From an uncultured Actinomycetes bacterium (GTDB lineage: Bacteria; Actinomycetota; Thermoleophilia; RBG-16-64-13), in NCBI GenBank assembly GCA_963841735.1, contig CAWJDT010000001.1:768001-832000 (forward strand): a stretch of 64,000 bases of DNA, written 5' to 3'. The notes beneath the pieces were generated by a model that saw only the letters and a list, made by a program, of their open reading frames with translations, ran no database searches and was not told the origin of the DNA. Made by a program: the position numbers and the translations under genes. Shown here one piece after another: positions 10,616 through 21,163 of this stretch (position 1 is its first letter; each line of letters starts with the position of its first letter).

Positions 10616-12817
10616 ATGAGGCGCGCCGATCCCCTATGCCGATCACTCCCGGTGGTGGCGCTTGTTCTGGTAGCGGCGGCCGGTTTGTCGGTTGCGCTCT
10701 TGCTGCTTCTTACCGGTCCGGCTTCGCCCGCCTTGGCGGCAGCGAAGCCTGTCTCCGTCAGCGTGGACCACACCCTCAGCCTCGTCGGGCAACCCCTCAC
10801 GGTCAATGCGTCCGGTCAGTTGCCCCACTCGCTCCTTGGGGCGGAGCTGTCGATCAAGATAAGCGGGCCGGTCGCCCTGGCCAGCATCGGGCAGGCGGAT
10901 GTGGAGGCCCCCGAGGTCGCGGTTATCAGTCACATCCTCGGGGCAGTGGGTGTGCCCATGACGAGCACCAGCACCCAGACTACCGCCACCGAGACCACGA
11001 TCGCATCGACCACAACTACTACTACAGCATCAGCCCTCCTTCACCAGGGCACAGTGGCCGACTTGGAAGCCGGAACGCTCGAGGCGACGGTGACGATTCC
11101 CGCGCGTACTCCGACGGAGGCCGGCGCGTATCTGCTCCAGGTGCAGGTGACGGTGGACGGAGAGGTGCTGGCCGTCGGCGAGACGTGGGTGGGGAAGGTG
11201 GCAGACAGAGAAGTGCCTCTCGACGTGGCCTTTGTGCTGCCGGTGTCTCTGGGCGTCCACCGGGATACGGAAGGAGCCTTCTTCGACCAAGCTCTGGAAG
11301 AGGCGGTGGCGTCGACCGGCTCCGGCGGCGGACTGGGCGGGTTGTTCAGTACCTTCGAGCGTTTCCCTCGATGGGATTTCACCTTGGCTGTCGAGCCGAT
11401 TCTTCTTACCCAACTGCGGGACATGGCCGACGGGTATTCCGGAGTCGACTCCTCGGGTGCCCGGGTGCAGGTAGGGGGAGATGATCCCAGGGCTATGGAG
11501 GCTGACGCCGCTCTGGCGGTCATCAAGGGACTGGCCGGTCAGGAGCGCACGCAGATCGTCGTCAGCCCTTATGCCGGCGCCGACCTCGGCATGATCGCCG
11601 CCGAAGGCTGGCGGGACGGACTCTTGCAGATCCAGATGGGCAAGCAGGAGCTCCAGCAGACCTTGGGCCTGGGCGACCCCTTGATCGGCGCGTACTCGCC
11701 CGATCTCGCCCTCACCAGTGATGCCTTGGCCTACTACGCCGGGGCGTCGATCGACCACGTGGTGGTGAGCGACAGGCTGATCGACTCGATGGCCGAGCCC
11801 ATAGGGGCCGGCGCCGTGACCGCCAGGGCGAGTGATCTCGATAACGACAGGGTGACGCTGGTCTTCGCCAGCGCTGCTATGAGCAAGGTCATGACGGCGC
11901 CCTGGGATGCGACCTTGTTCGGCCCGTCACTCGCGGCTGAGCTTGCCGCCACCCCCCGGGACGCCATAGTGCTTGTGCCGGGCAGCGCCTTCACGGTACC
12001 GCCCGCGTCCTATCTGGAGAGTGTGGGCGAGGTCTTGATGGACGCGGACTGGATAAGAACGCAGACTCTGGCGGATCTCATCCGGGCGCACTCACCTGGC
12101 ACCCGCCCTGTGTTGTTGCAGACAGGCTTCGCCGAGTCCATGGGATATATAGAAGAGACTATGCTGGCCGACCTGAGGGCGGCTCACGCGGCGGTGACCG
12201 ATCTGGCCGCTTCGTCAGACGCCACCCGGGCGCCCGTTGACACGGCCTACAGGCTACTCGCGGTCGCCGAGAGCCGCTGGTGGTGGCGTGAGGACATAAG
12301 CCCGTGGGAAGCGAGTATCGGCTTGGACTACGTGGCGCGGGCTCTGGCAGTGGCCCGGGGCGAGCTCGAGCTGGTGCGTTTCTTGGGAGTCGGCTCGACC
12401 TTCATCACCGGGAACGAAGGAGTGCTGGAGATCAAGGCGCAAAACGCCGCCGCCTATCCCCTGACTGTCGAGTTACGGTTGACTGGAGAAGGGGTGACTT
12501 TCCCCGACGGGGAGAGCATCAGGGTGGAGCTACAGCTCGGAGAGACCGAACTGGCTGTCAACGTAGTCCGCGGCGGTGGCGGAACTCACGATCTCAAGGC
12601 CCAACTCGTCGCCGGCAGCGGTGTGCTCGATGAACTCAGCGTGTCGCTGCGCTTCTTCAGCCTCATGAGCATGCTGCCCTGGGTCATCGCCGCCGCGGTG
12701 GTCGTAGCAGCCGGGGTGCTCCTAGTGGTGCGACTTGTACTACGCAAACGCCGCCGAGCCAAGGCGCCGCGATCCACGCCACCGCCCGTTGCCGGGAAAC
12801 CGCCGGTCGCCGGCTAG
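10616..12817 (+). CDS. large secreted/membrane-anchored protein (DUF6049-like)
   Basis: Signal peptide, Thr-rich linker, TLAVEPILL and SPYAGADL motifs, C-terminal TM helix followed by a basic tail. Confidence 0.6.
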   Translation: MRRADPLCRSLPVVALVLVAAAGLSVALLLLLTGPASPALAAAKPVSVSVDHTLSLVGQPLTVNASGQLPHSLLGAELSIKISGPVALASIGQADVEAPEVAVISHILGAVGVPMTSTSTQTTATETTIASTTTTTTASALLHQGTVADLEAGTLEATVTIPARTPTEAGAYLLQVQVTVDGEVLAVGETWVGKVADREVPLDVAFVLPVSLGVHRDTEGAFFDQALEEAVASTGSGGGLGGLFSTFERFPRWDFTLAVEPILLTQLRDMADGYSGVDSSGARVQVGGDDPRAMEADAALAVIKGLAGQERTQIVVSPYAGADLGMIAAEGWRDGLLQIQMGKQELQQTLGLGDPLIGAYSPDLALTSDALAYYAGASIDHVVVSDRLIDSMAEPIGAGAVTARASDLDNDRVTLVFASAAMSKVMTAPWDATLFGPSLAAELAATPRDAIVLVPGSAFTVPPASYLESVGEVLMDADWIRTQTLADLIRAHSPGTRPVLLQTGFAESMGYIEETMLADLRAAHAAVTDLAASSDATRAPVDTAYRLLAVAESRWWWREDISPWEASIGLDYVARALAVARGELELVRFLGVGSTFITGNEGVLEIKAQNAAAYPLTVELRLTGEGVTFPDGESIRVELQLGETELAVNVVRGGGGTHDLKAQLVAGSGVLDELSVSLRFFSLMSMLPWVIAAAVVVAAGVLLVVRLVLRKRRRAKAPRSTPPPVAGKPPVAG

Positions 12818-12850
12818 GGTCCGTAAGCGCGCTGGTGCGCCAGGAGGCTG

Positions 12851-14152
12851 CTAGGCGCCTGCTTTGACTTGGCGCTCGGCCATCGGCACATACTCGCGCT
12901 CGCGCTCGCCCACATAGACCTGCCGCGGCCTGTAAAGGGCGGTATCGCCGTCGTGCACCTCTTTCCAATTTGCGATCCAGCCCGGCATCCGGCCCATGGC
13001 GAACATGACCGTGAACATGTTCACGGGGATGCCCATGGCCCGCAAGATGACGCCGGAGTAGAAGTCCACATTGGGATATAGGCGTCGCTCGACAAAGTAA
13101 GGGTCGCTCAAGGCCACGTCTTCCAGGCGTTTGGCGATCTCGAGCAGGGGGTCGACGCCCTTGAGCTTGCTCAACAGCTTGTCTGCCCGGTCTTTCATGA
13201 TGCTCGCCCGAGGGTCGTAGTTCTTGTAGATGCGGTGGCCGAACCCCATTAGGCGCAGAGGAGAGCTCTTGTCCTTGACCTGGGCGATGTAGTCGCTCAA
13301 GTCGATATTTTCGTCGTGCAGGGTCTGCAGCATCTCCACCACTGCGGCGTTGGCTCCGCCGTGCAGGGGTCCCCACAGCGCGCAGACTCCGGCGGCGCAA
13401 CTGGCGAACATGCTGGCCCCCGAAGAAGCCACCATACGCACTGTGCTCGACGAGCAGTTCTGCTCGTGGTCGGCGTGGAGGATGAGGATGAGCTGAAGGG
13501 CCGCGACGGTGTCCGGGTCGGGCTCGTGGTCGGCAAAGGGGAGGGAAAACATCATGTGGAGAAAGTTTGAGCAGTAGTCCAAGTGCGGCTTCGGATACAC
13601 GATAGGCTGCCCGATGGAGGCCTTGTAGCTGGCACCGGCTATGGTGCGGATCTTGCTGATGAGCCGGGCGGCGGCCACCTGGAAGGTAGCAGGGTTCTCC
13701 ATCTCTATCATGTCGGGCTGGTAGCAACTCATGGCGTTGATCATCGCCGACAAGATGGCCATCGGGTGGCCGGTGGAGGGGAAGCCATCGAAGTGGTGAT
13801 AAAGACCCTCGTGGATCATCTCGTGCTTGGTGAATAGCTCGCTCCAGCCCTTGAGTTGGTCGCGGGTGGGAAGCTCCCCGTAGATGAGCAGCCAGCATGT
13901 CTCCAGGAATGTGCTCTGGGCGGCCAGCTGCTCGATGGGGATGCCGCGATAGCGGAGTACTCCGTTCTCGCCGTCCACGAAGGTTATGGCCGAGCGGCAC
14001 GAACCGGTGTTGACGTAGCCTTCGTCGAGGGTGATGTAGCCGGTGGTGTCCCTGAGGCGCGATATGTCCAGCGCGCGATCGCCCTCGGTGCCCACTGTCA
14101 CAGGGAATTCGTGAGTCTCGTGCTCGATGATGAGTTTGGCGGTTTCTGCCAT
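12851..14152 (-). CDS. gltA: citrate synthase
   Basis: LHADHEQNCS, WGPLHGGAN, GFGHRIYKNYDPRA, YPNVDFYSG. Confidence 0.97.
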   Translation of the reverse strand: MAETAKLIIEHETHEFPVTVGTEGDRALDISRLRDTTGYITLDEGYVNTGSCRSAITFVDGENGVLRYRGIPIEQLAAQSTFLETCWLLIYGELPTRDQLKGWSELFTKHEMIHEGLYHHFDGFPSTGHPMAILSAMINAMSCYQPDMIEMENPATFQVAAARLISKIRTIAGASYKASIGQPIVYPKPHLDYCSNFLHMMFSLPFADHEPDPDTVAALQLILILHADHEQNCSSSTVRMVASSGASMFASCAAGVCALWGPLHGGANAAVVEMLQTLHDENIDLSDYIAQVKDKSSPLRLMGFGHRIYKNYDPRASIMKDRADKLLSKLKGVDPLLEIAKRLEDVALSDPYFVERRLYPNVDFYSGVILRAMGIPVNMFTVMFAMGRMPGWIANWKEVHDGDTALYRPRQVYVGEREREYVPMAERQVKAGA

Positions 14153-14350
14153 GGTCGCTGCCCTTCCCACTTCTGCCGCAGTTCTCGGTTACCGGAGGAC
14201 ACATCGGCGCACACAAGCGCCCGGCAACGATGGCCTCTTACATAGTGTACCCGGGGATACCTTGCCTGGCCATCCCGCGTCGCGGAGCCATCGGATGCTA
14301 AACTGCCCAAAGCAATGGAGCAATGGCACAGTCATTTACTTAGAGAACGA

Positions 14351-15493
14351 GTGGATCAGAGCAGTCTGCTGATCCAAGGCAACCGTGCCTGCGCCTTGGG
14401 GGCGCTTGATGCCGGGGTACGGTTCTTCGCCGGATATCCCATCTCGCCCAGCTCTGAGATCATGGAAGCCATGGCCGACGAGTTGCCCAAGTCGGGCGGG
14501 GTCTTCGTCCAAATGGAGGACGAGATCGGCTCGATTTGCGCCTGCATCGGCGCGTCGTTGACTGGCGAACTGGCCATGACGGCCACCTCGGGCCCCGGGT
14601 TCTCCCTTATGCAGGAAGCAATCGGCTACGCGATCATGGTCGAGGCTCCCCTGGTCATAGTGAACGTCATGCGCGTGGGGCCCTCCACGGGCCGTCCCAC
14701 CGCTCCCTCGCAGGGCGACGTGATGCAGGCCCGCTGGGGCACTCACGGCGATCATCCCGCAATCGTGCTGGCAGCCTCGAACGTGGCCGACATGTACCGC
14801 CTGACTATGGCGGCCGTGCGCTTTGCCCAGCGCTTCCGTACTCCGGTGACCTTGCTGGCCGACCAGATGGTGGGCCAGATGCGCGAGAGCTTCTCCCCCG
14901 AACTTGTGGGGCGGTACCGCCTCACCAGCGGCGACTTCGACTTCACGCCCGGTTACGTTCACCCTGACTTGGCGCGCGAGGTCCATCGTCCCCACGTGCT
15001 GGGCTCGGGCAGCCACCCCCACGTCACCGGGCTCTTCCACGACGAAACCGGGTTCCCCACTAACGACCCCGAGAAGAGCGACGAGTTTCTGCGTGAGCTG
15101 TACAACAAGGTGGTTCACCACCGCGAGGAGCTGTGCCTGTACGACGTCAAGAACGAAGGCAGGGGCCGAGTCTGCATCGTGGCCTACGGTTCTTGCGCCC
15201 GCACCGCCAGGGCTGCTTGGAGGTTGGCCGACCAAGAAGGGCTTCCGGTGGAGGTGCTCCATCTGTACACGCTGTTCCCGCTGCCGGTGGAGATCATCCA
15301 GAAGGTGGCCAGGCGTGTGGAGTTCATGCTGATCCCGGAGCTCAACCTGGGGCAGTACGCACACGAGGTGCGCAACATGGCTGATCAGTGGACCACTGTC
15401 GTGGGTATGGGCAAGACCGACGGTGCCCTCTTTACCCCGCGCGAGATCCTGGATCGGATATCCGAACTCATCGGAAAGTACGAGAGCGTGTAG
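14351..15493 (+). CDS. korA: 2-oxoacid:ferredoxin oxidoreductase alpha subunit
   Basis: FFAGYPISPSSE, QMEDEIGS, TATSGPGFSLMQE. Confidence 0.9.
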   Translation: MDQSSLLIQGNRACALGALDAGVRFFAGYPISPSSEIMEAMADELPKSGGVFVQMEDEIGSICACIGASLTGELAMTATSGPGFSLMQEAIGYAIMVEAPLVIVNVMRVGPSTGRPTAPSQGDVMQARWGTHGDHPAIVLAASNVADMYRLTMAAVRFAQRFRTPVTLLADQMVGQMRESFSPELVGRYRLTSGDFDFTPGYVHPDLAREVHRPHVLGSGSHPHVTGLFHDETGFPTNDPEKSDEFLRELYNKVVHHREELCLYDVKNEGRGRVCIVAYGSCARTARAAWRLADQEGLPVEVLHLYTLFPLPVEIIQKVARRVEFMLIPELNLGQYAHEVRNMADQWTTVVGMGKTDGALFTPREILDRISELIGKYESV

Positions 15494-15494
15494 C

Positions 15495-16343
15495 GTGCCT
15501 CTGCAAATCGAAAGATTCTTGCATACCGAGCGGCTGCCTCACATCTGGTGTCCGGGCTGCGGCATTGGCATGGTCACCGGGGCCTTTTTGCGGGTCATGA
15601 TCGACTTGGGCCTCAAACGCGAGAACACCGTGGTGGTCAGCGGCATCGGGTGCTCCAGCCGGGCCGTCAACTACATGGACGTAGGCACGGTCCACTCCAT
15701 CCATGGGCGGGCGCTGCCCGTCGCTACCGGCGTCAAGATGGCCCGGCCGAACTTCTCGGTGGTGGTGTTCATGGGTGACGGGGACGGCGCTGCCATCGGC
15801 GGCAACCACTTGATCCACGCCTGCAGGCGGAACATCGACCTCACCTGCATCCTCTTCAATAACACTACCTACGGCATGACCGGGGGTCAGACCTCGCCCA
15901 CCATGGCGGTGGGCAGCCGGTCGACCACCGCTCGCAACGGCCAGGTGGAGCCGCCCTTCGATCTCTGCCGGTTGGCCGAGGCGGCTGGGGCCAGCTTCGT
16001 GGCCCGGGGCACGGCCGGGCACATCCGCGGCCTCGAGAAGCTCATCAAGAAGGGCGTCGAGCACAAAGGCTTCTCCTTTATCGAGGCCGTGATCCCCTGT
16101 CCCACCGAGTACGGGCGGCGCAACGGCCAGGGGAACGTGCTGGACATGCTCGACGAAGAGAGGGCCCGCTCTATCTCCAAGGCCAAAGCCGCCGGACTGT
16201 CACCAGCAGAGCTTGTCGGGAAGATCGTGACAGGCGTCATCCATGAGGATCCGGAGGCGCCGGAGTTTCAGCAAGTCCACTCCGCCGCTGCCCGTGCTCA
16301 CGCTGAAGAGGCGGCCCGCGTCTTTGCCGAGGAGAAGCAGTGA
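15495..16343 (+). CDS. korB: 2-oxoacid:ferredoxin oxidoreductase beta subunit
   Basis: WCPGCG, SGIGCS, GDGD...NN TPP-binding motif, YGMTGGQ. Confidence 0.92.
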   Translation: MPLQIERFLHTERLPHIWCPGCGIGMVTGAFLRVMIDLGLKRENTVVVSGIGCSSRAVNYMDVGTVHSIHGRALPVATGVKMARPNFSVVVFMGDGDGAAIGGNHLIHACRRNIDLTCILFNNTTYGMTGGQTSPTMAVGSRSTTARNGQVEPPFDLCRLAEAAGASFVARGTAGHIRGLEKLIKKGVEHKGFSFIEAVIPCPTEYGRRNGQGNVLDMLDEERARSISKAKAAGLSPAELVGKIVTGVIHEDPEAPEFQQVHSAAARAHAEEAARVFAEEKQ

Positions 16344-17008
16344 GCATCACAGCTGGAGCACCCAATGACCAGGCGGGAGCCATCTTGGCGGTTGATACTC
16401 CTGTCGCGCTGCCGGCCCGCAACGGGCTTCTAGCCGACCGCGACTTCATAGAGGTGCGGTTTGGCGGAAGCGGTGGGCAGGGCGTGGTGCTCATGGGCAT
16501 CATCCTCGCCGTGGCGGCCAATCGCGATTGCCGTTGCGTCGTGCAGACAGAGTCCTACGGGCCCGAGGCTCGCGGAGGGCACAGCCGGAGCGACGTCATC
16601 ATCTCTGACAACCCCATCGACTATCCCAAGCTCGATCGGGCCGACCTGTTTGTCGCCTTGTCCCAGGCCGCGGCCGACGGGTACGTCAAGACTCTTCGCA
16701 AGGATGGCATCCTCATCTACGACAGCGAGAGGGTTCTGACTCTGCCCAAGTTCGGTGGAGCGATCTTCGGCGTGCCGTTCACGAGTCTGGCTAAAGAAGA
16801 GACTGGACGGACGCAGACCACCAACGTGCTCACCTTAGGGGCTGTGGTCGGTATCACCGGTGTGGTATCGGTGGAGTCCATACGCAAGGCTGTCTTCGAG
16901 GCGGTCCCCCGCGGCACCACGGAGGTCAACGGCAAGGCCTTGGCCAAGGGGCTGTCGCTCGACCCGGCCGAGTGGCGGGTAGCCGGGCGGTCTGTCACCT
17001 CCTCCTAA
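16340..17008 (+). CDS. korC: 2-oxoacid:ferredoxin oxidoreductase gamma subunit
   Basis: GGSGGQGVV, SYGPEARGG. Confidence 0.9.
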   Translation: MSITAGAPNDQAGAILAVDTPVALPARNGLLADRDFIEVRFGGSGGQGVVLMGIILAVAANRDCRCVVQTESYGPEARGGHSRSDVIISDNPIDYPKLDRADLFVALSQAAADGYVKTLRKDGILIYDSERVLTLPKFGGAIFGVPFTSLAKEETGRTQTTNVLTLGAVVGITGVVSVESIRKAVFEAVPRGTTEVNGKALAKGLSLDPAEWRVAGRSVTSS

Positions 17009-17086
17009 CTACCTGGCGGACGGCCTATGTGCTCACGCTGGTCGCGGGCCGGGTCTCGATGCGGCGTAATAGCGAAGGAGTGGAAC

Positions 17087-17869
17087 ATGCTCGTAGCGGG
17101 AATCGACGCGGGCGCCAAGAACGTCCACGCAGTGCTTATCAAAGACGGAGAGGTCGTCGCGCGCGCGGCTGTACCCTCTGGGTTCGACCATGAAGAGTCG
17201 GCCGGCCGGGGGCTGGCGATGGCATGCGCACTGGCGGGCGTGGAACCCTCGGCGGTGACGAGGGTCGCCGCGACGGGATCGGGTCGTAAGGCTCTGCCGT
17301 TCGCCGCCGACCAGCCCACCGAGATCGCAGCCGGTTGCCGGGGCGCCTCCGCTCTTTACCCTGGCGCCCGCACCGTCGTCGACGTAGGGGCCGACGAGGC
17401 CCGGGCTATCCGCCTGGGACCGGCCGGCAACGTGCTCGACTTCGCAATCAACGAGAAGTGTGCAGCCGGAGCGGGCGCCTTCGTGGAGGCCATGAGTCGG
17501 GCCCTGGAGATGGCCCTGGGCGAGTTTGCCGAGGCTTCGCTTGGCTCCACTGAGGTCATCCCCATGAATGCGCAGTGCACGGTGTTCGCCGAGTCGGAAG
17601 TGGTGAGCCTTATCCACGCCAACACTCCCCCGGCCGATATTGCCCGCGCAGTTCATGACGCCATGGCCAGCCGGGTTTCGACCATGGTGCGGCGCGTCGG
17701 GGTGGAAGACCCGGTGGTGCTTGGAGGAGGCGCTGCGCTCAACGTGGGGTTCGTCAAGGCTTTGTCTGAGGCGTTGGGTGGGACGGAGATCCACGTCCTT
17801 GCCGACGCGGAGTATCTGGGGGCCCATGGCGCGGCCCTGATCGCCTGGGTGGCGGCACAGGAGGGGTAG
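17087..17869 (+). CDS. ASKHA-type CoA-substrate activase, BzdP-like benzoyl-CoA reductase subunit
   Basis: AGIDAGAKNV, ATGSGR, INEKCAAGAGAF, NAQCTVFAESEVVSL; SD GAAGGAG before ATG 17087. Confidence 0.8.
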   Translation: MLVAGIDAGAKNVHAVLIKDGEVVARAAVPSGFDHEESAGRGLAMACALAGVEPSAVTRVAATGSGRKALPFAADQPTEIAAGCRGASALYPGARTVVDVGADEARAIRLGPAGNVLDFAINEKCAAGAGAFVEAMSRALEMALGEFAEASLGSTEVIPMNAQCTVFAESEVVSLIHANTPPADIARAVHDAMASRVSTMVRRVGVEDPVVLGGGAALNVGFVKALSEALGGTEIHVLADAEYLGAHGAALIAWVAAQEG

Positions 17870-17896
17870 CGGCGGGCCACGGGCTCGTGGCGCGTG

Positions 17897-19726
17897 TCAG
17901 CTGGGGATCTGGTAGGCCCGAGCCTGGACCTCGTACATCTGCGCGTAGCGGCCACCCTGGGCTACCAGTGCCTCGTGGGTGCCGCTCTCCACGATGCGGC
18001 CCTGGTCGAAGATGTGGATGCGGTCGGCTGTCCGCACTGTGGAGAACCTGTGGCTTACCAGTACCACGGACCGGCCGTGGGCCAATGCCTTGATATGTCT
18101 GAACACGTCCCATTCGGCCTGAGGGTCCAGAGCGCTGGTGGGTTCGTCGAGTACCAGGATCTGCGTGTTGCGTACGAAGGCTCGAGCCAGGGCGATCTTC
18201 TGCCACTCGCCCACGCTCAGTTCCTCCCCTTGGTCGAACCATCTGCCCAAGGAAGTGTCGTAGCCGTGAGGAAGAGCGGCGATCACCTCGTGCACCCCGG
18301 CATCGCGGGCCGCCGCCTCGATGGCCGGATCATCAGCGTTTACGTGCACGTCGCCCAGCCGGATGTTCTCGCGTGCCGACAGCTGATAGCGCGAGTAGTC
18401 CTGAAAGACGACGCTTATGTCGCGCCGCAGCCCATCCACGTCGAAGCTACGCAGATCGACTCCATCGAGGGTGATCGCGCCGGAGGTGGGATCGTAGAGC
18501 CTGCACAAGAGTTTCACCAGCGTGGTCTTTCCCGATCCATTCGGACCCACCAGGGCGGTGACCTCGCCCGGCCGGATGTTGAGGGAGATGCCCTTGAGGG
18601 CCGTTCGCTCGGTGCCTGGGTAGCTGAAATCCACCTCATCGAAGCAGATGCCGCCGGTCATGGGCCGGGGCATGGGCCGGGGTTGCACCGGCGACACGAT
18701 GGTGGGCCGCAGAGCCATGAAGTCATCGAAGTAGCTCAGGAACAGACTGTCCTCATAGAGGTTGTTGAAGCCGCGTAGCACCGCCTGCAAGGAACCCAGG
18801 CTGGTCTGGAAGGCCTGGTAGTAGGCCACCATCATGCCCAGGGAGATGTCGCCGCGCACCGTGCGCCAGGCGATGTAGGCGAACGTGCCGAATACCGCAA
18901 GCACCGCGGCGACCCCGGCTGCCAGGTCGGCCAGTGAGCGTCTGACCGTCAGCCCGATGAGCTCCCGGCGCAACTGTCCGCGGAGATCCCGGTACCATCC
19001 GCGAAAGCGCTCTCCCATGCCGAAAGCGCGGATCTCCTTGGCATGGGTGCTGTCGATGAGCAGTTGGTGGGCGTATTCGGACTGTCTCTCCACCGGGGTG
19101 CGGTCCTGTTGCCAGGCGAAGAGCTTGCGGGAGAAGCGCAGGCGCACCAGCGCTCCGGGTATCGCTGCGCCTAGGATTATCAGGCCCACGGCCCAGTGAA
19201 GCTTCAGCAAGAGCGCAGCCATGGCGACAAGAGAGACCAGCGCTTGTCCGGTGCTGGTGAGGTTGTTGACTATGCTGGTGGGACGATAGGGGGCCTCCTG
19301 TTGGGCCCTATGCAGGATGTCGTGATAGCGGGGGTTCTCGTAGTACTCCAAGTCAACGGCTATGGATTGGGAGTGGATGAGGTCGGTGACTTGGTCGGTG
19401 ACGGTCTGGCTGAGCGCCTGGTCGACCATGGAGGCCAGCGACCGCATCACGAGGGCGGCGAGTCCCACGGCGCCGGCCAGGATGATGAGTATCACTACAT
19501 CGCGATAGGTGGCTTCGCTACCGGAGCCCGACGCGGTGATGGCCTGCGACACCTTGTCGACTATGAGCTTGGTCAGCCAGATGGCGGCCAACGGCAAGGC
19601 GCCTTGCAGCACGGTGAGTACCGCGCTCGCGGACGTCCATCCGGGGGCTATCGACCAGACCAGTTTGAGCGCTCGCCCGAGGCGGAGCGCCTTGCGCAGC
19701 GTCGGCCTGTGCCTCTTATCGTCCAG
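17897..19726 (-). CDS. ABC exporter (TMD+NBD), of the type seen in lasso-peptide-associated clusters; probable CTG start at 19726
   Basis: [33 protein letters not shown]; frame is open upstream of GTG 19612 to a CTG preceded by SD GGAGAGGAG. Confidence 0.85.
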   Translation of the reverse strand: MDDKRHRPTLRKALRLGRALKLVWSIAPGWTSASAVLTVLQGALPLAAIWLTKLIVDKVSQAITASGSGSEATYRDVVILIILAGAVGLAALVMRSLASMVDQALSQTVTDQVTDLIHSQSIAVDLEYYENPRYHDILHRAQQEAPYRPTSIVNNLTSTGQALVSLVAMAALLLKLHWAVGLIILGAAIPGALVRLRFSRKLFAWQQDRTPVERQSEYAHQLLIDSTHAKEIRAFGMGERFRGWYRDLRGQLRRELIGLTVRRSLADLAAGVAAVLAVFGTFAYIAWRTVRGDISLGMMVAYYQAFQTSLGSLQAVLRGFNNLYEDSLFLSYFDDFMALRPTIVSPVQPRPMPRPMTGGICFDEVDFSYPGTERTALKGISLNIRPGEVTALVGPNGSGKTTLVKLLCRLYDPTSGAITLDGVDLRSFDVDGLRRDISVVFQDYSRYQLSARENIRLGDVHVNADDPAIEAAARDAGVHEVIAALPHGYDTSLGRWFDQGEELSVGEWQKIALARAFVRNTQILVLDEPTSALDPQAEWDVFRHIKALAHGRSVVLVSHRFSTVRTADRIHIFDQGRIVESGTHEALVAQGGRYAQMYEVQARAYQIPS

Positions 19727-19857
19727 CCCGTCTCCTCTCCCGGCGGCGCGTCGATCGCACCGCGTCGTCCACTACCGTACAACACTATAGACAAAGTGAA
19801 GGGTCTTGGCGGGGCGGCGTGAAGGAACTGTGAGAGGCCCAGTGGAATTCCTCTTGC

Positions 19858-21108
19858 ATGGAAAGCATATTGAGGGGCGCTTCTGCGACCGACCGGATGT
19901 GGGATGAGAGAGCGCCGCTCTCCGTTCAGCTTCGCGGTCTTCTTGCCTGTGCTCGCTGGGTCCTGGACCGCGACCGAGAGGCGGAGGCGCTATTCGCACT
20001 GGAGGCCTGCGCCGACGTCGATCTCCTCTGTAAGACGGCTATGAGCCAAGGCATGCTCGGTCACCTTCAGCGGCTGGTTGCGGGCCGGGAGGCGGCAGCG
20101 GTCACACCCGGCCTGGCCGAACGGCTGGCCGAGCTGCAGCGGGTATCGGCACAGCGCGCTCTACGCCAGACCGGGAGCCTGCTGCGGGTGTTGGCAAGGT
20201 TGCGAGAGACCGGTGTGACGGCTATGCCTCTGAAAGGCCCGGCCTGGGCCGAGCGTCTCTACGGGGACGTGACTCTGCGTACCTGGGAGGACCTAGACAT
20301 ACTTGTGTCGCACAATCAGGTTCAGCAGGCACGTGAAGCGTTGCTGGCTGAGGGATTCATCGATGCAGGTCCCTTCAATGTTCGTCTGGCGTCAAGAGAG
20401 ACGGGCGGCTGGGGGCAGATCGCCTTTTGCTCCGGCACACCGGGTGTGCAGTTGGAGATCCACTGGGAAGTCACCGCGGGTTTTAGTGCCGGCTCGCTCC
20501 GGCCCGAGTCACTCTTCTCAAGGGCTGTCAGCATGCATCTGCTCGACCGGGAGGTACTCACCCCGCACCCGGTGGACCTGATGCTGATCACGTGCCTCAA
20601 TGGGGCCAGAGATCGGTGGAACGCGCTTGAGAGGATGCTTGGTCTGGCCGTGCAGGTTCGCGGCACCGCCCCCGGTGACTGGCCGAACGTGATGGCCGCG
20701 GCGGGTGCAACGGGCTGCAGACGTCGGGTGGCCATTGGGATAGTCCATGTTTGCCGGGTGTTCGGTCTGGCGGTGCCGGGTGAAGTCACAGAGGTTCTTG
20801 CTCAGGACACGCTTGGGCGGGCCTTGGTTCGTTCGCTTCGGCCGGATACGCTAGATGGGCGCTTGAAGGCTTCTCCCCTCCGTCATCTAAGTCTACTGCG
20901 TTGGCGGTTTGCAACCGAGGACTCCCTCGCCGGGGGGCTGGGGCACGCGACAGTCCGCTTCTTCCGTCCAGGGCCGGAGGACTGGGCCAGCGTCAGGCTC
21001 CCCCCGGCGCTATCGTGGCTGTACTACCCGATCCGGCCGGCTCGGCTGGGTGTCAAGTGGGTGGGGCACCTGCTCCCCGGCTGCCGGGGTTCTATGAGGG
21101 GACTGTAG
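19858..21108 (+). CDS. nucleotidyltransferase family protein (NTP_transf_5-like)
   Basis: PLKGPAWAERLYGD...R.WEDLDILV, LEIHW, C-terminal LSWLYYPIRPARL. Confidence 0.85.
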   Translation: MESILRGASATDRMWDERAPLSVQLRGLLACARWVLDRDREAEALFALEACADVDLLCKTAMSQGMLGHLQRLVAGREAAAVTPGLAERLAELQRVSAQRALRQTGSLLRVLARLRETGVTAMPLKGPAWAERLYGDVTLRTWEDLDILVSHNQVQQAREALLAEGFIDAGPFNVRLASRETGGWGQIAFCSGTPGVQLEIHWEVTAGFSAGSLRPESLFSRAVSMHLLDREVLTPHPVDLMLITCLNGARDRWNALERMLGLAVQVRGTAPGDWPNVMAAAGATGCRRRVAIGIVHVCRVFGLAVPGEVTEVLAQDTLGRALVRSLRPDTLDGRLKASPLRHLSLLRWRFATEDSLAGGLGHATVRFFRPGPEDWASVRLPPALSWLYYPIRPARLGVKWVGHLLPGCRGSMRGL

Positions 21109-21163
21109 TAAACTGACTAGTTGGCGCAGCAGGGGACCGGCGCGAACGGACTGGAAGGCGGGA

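Noticed and set aside
10958-11030. ACC/ACT-rich low-complexity stretch
   Set aside because: Encodes a Thr-rich linker like those in other exported proteins here; not a separate repeat element
12684-14216. 510-aa alternative-frame ORF and many similar long overlapping ORFs
   Set aside because: Typical high-GC shadow ORFs over well-supported genes; Arg/Pro-rich with no motifs
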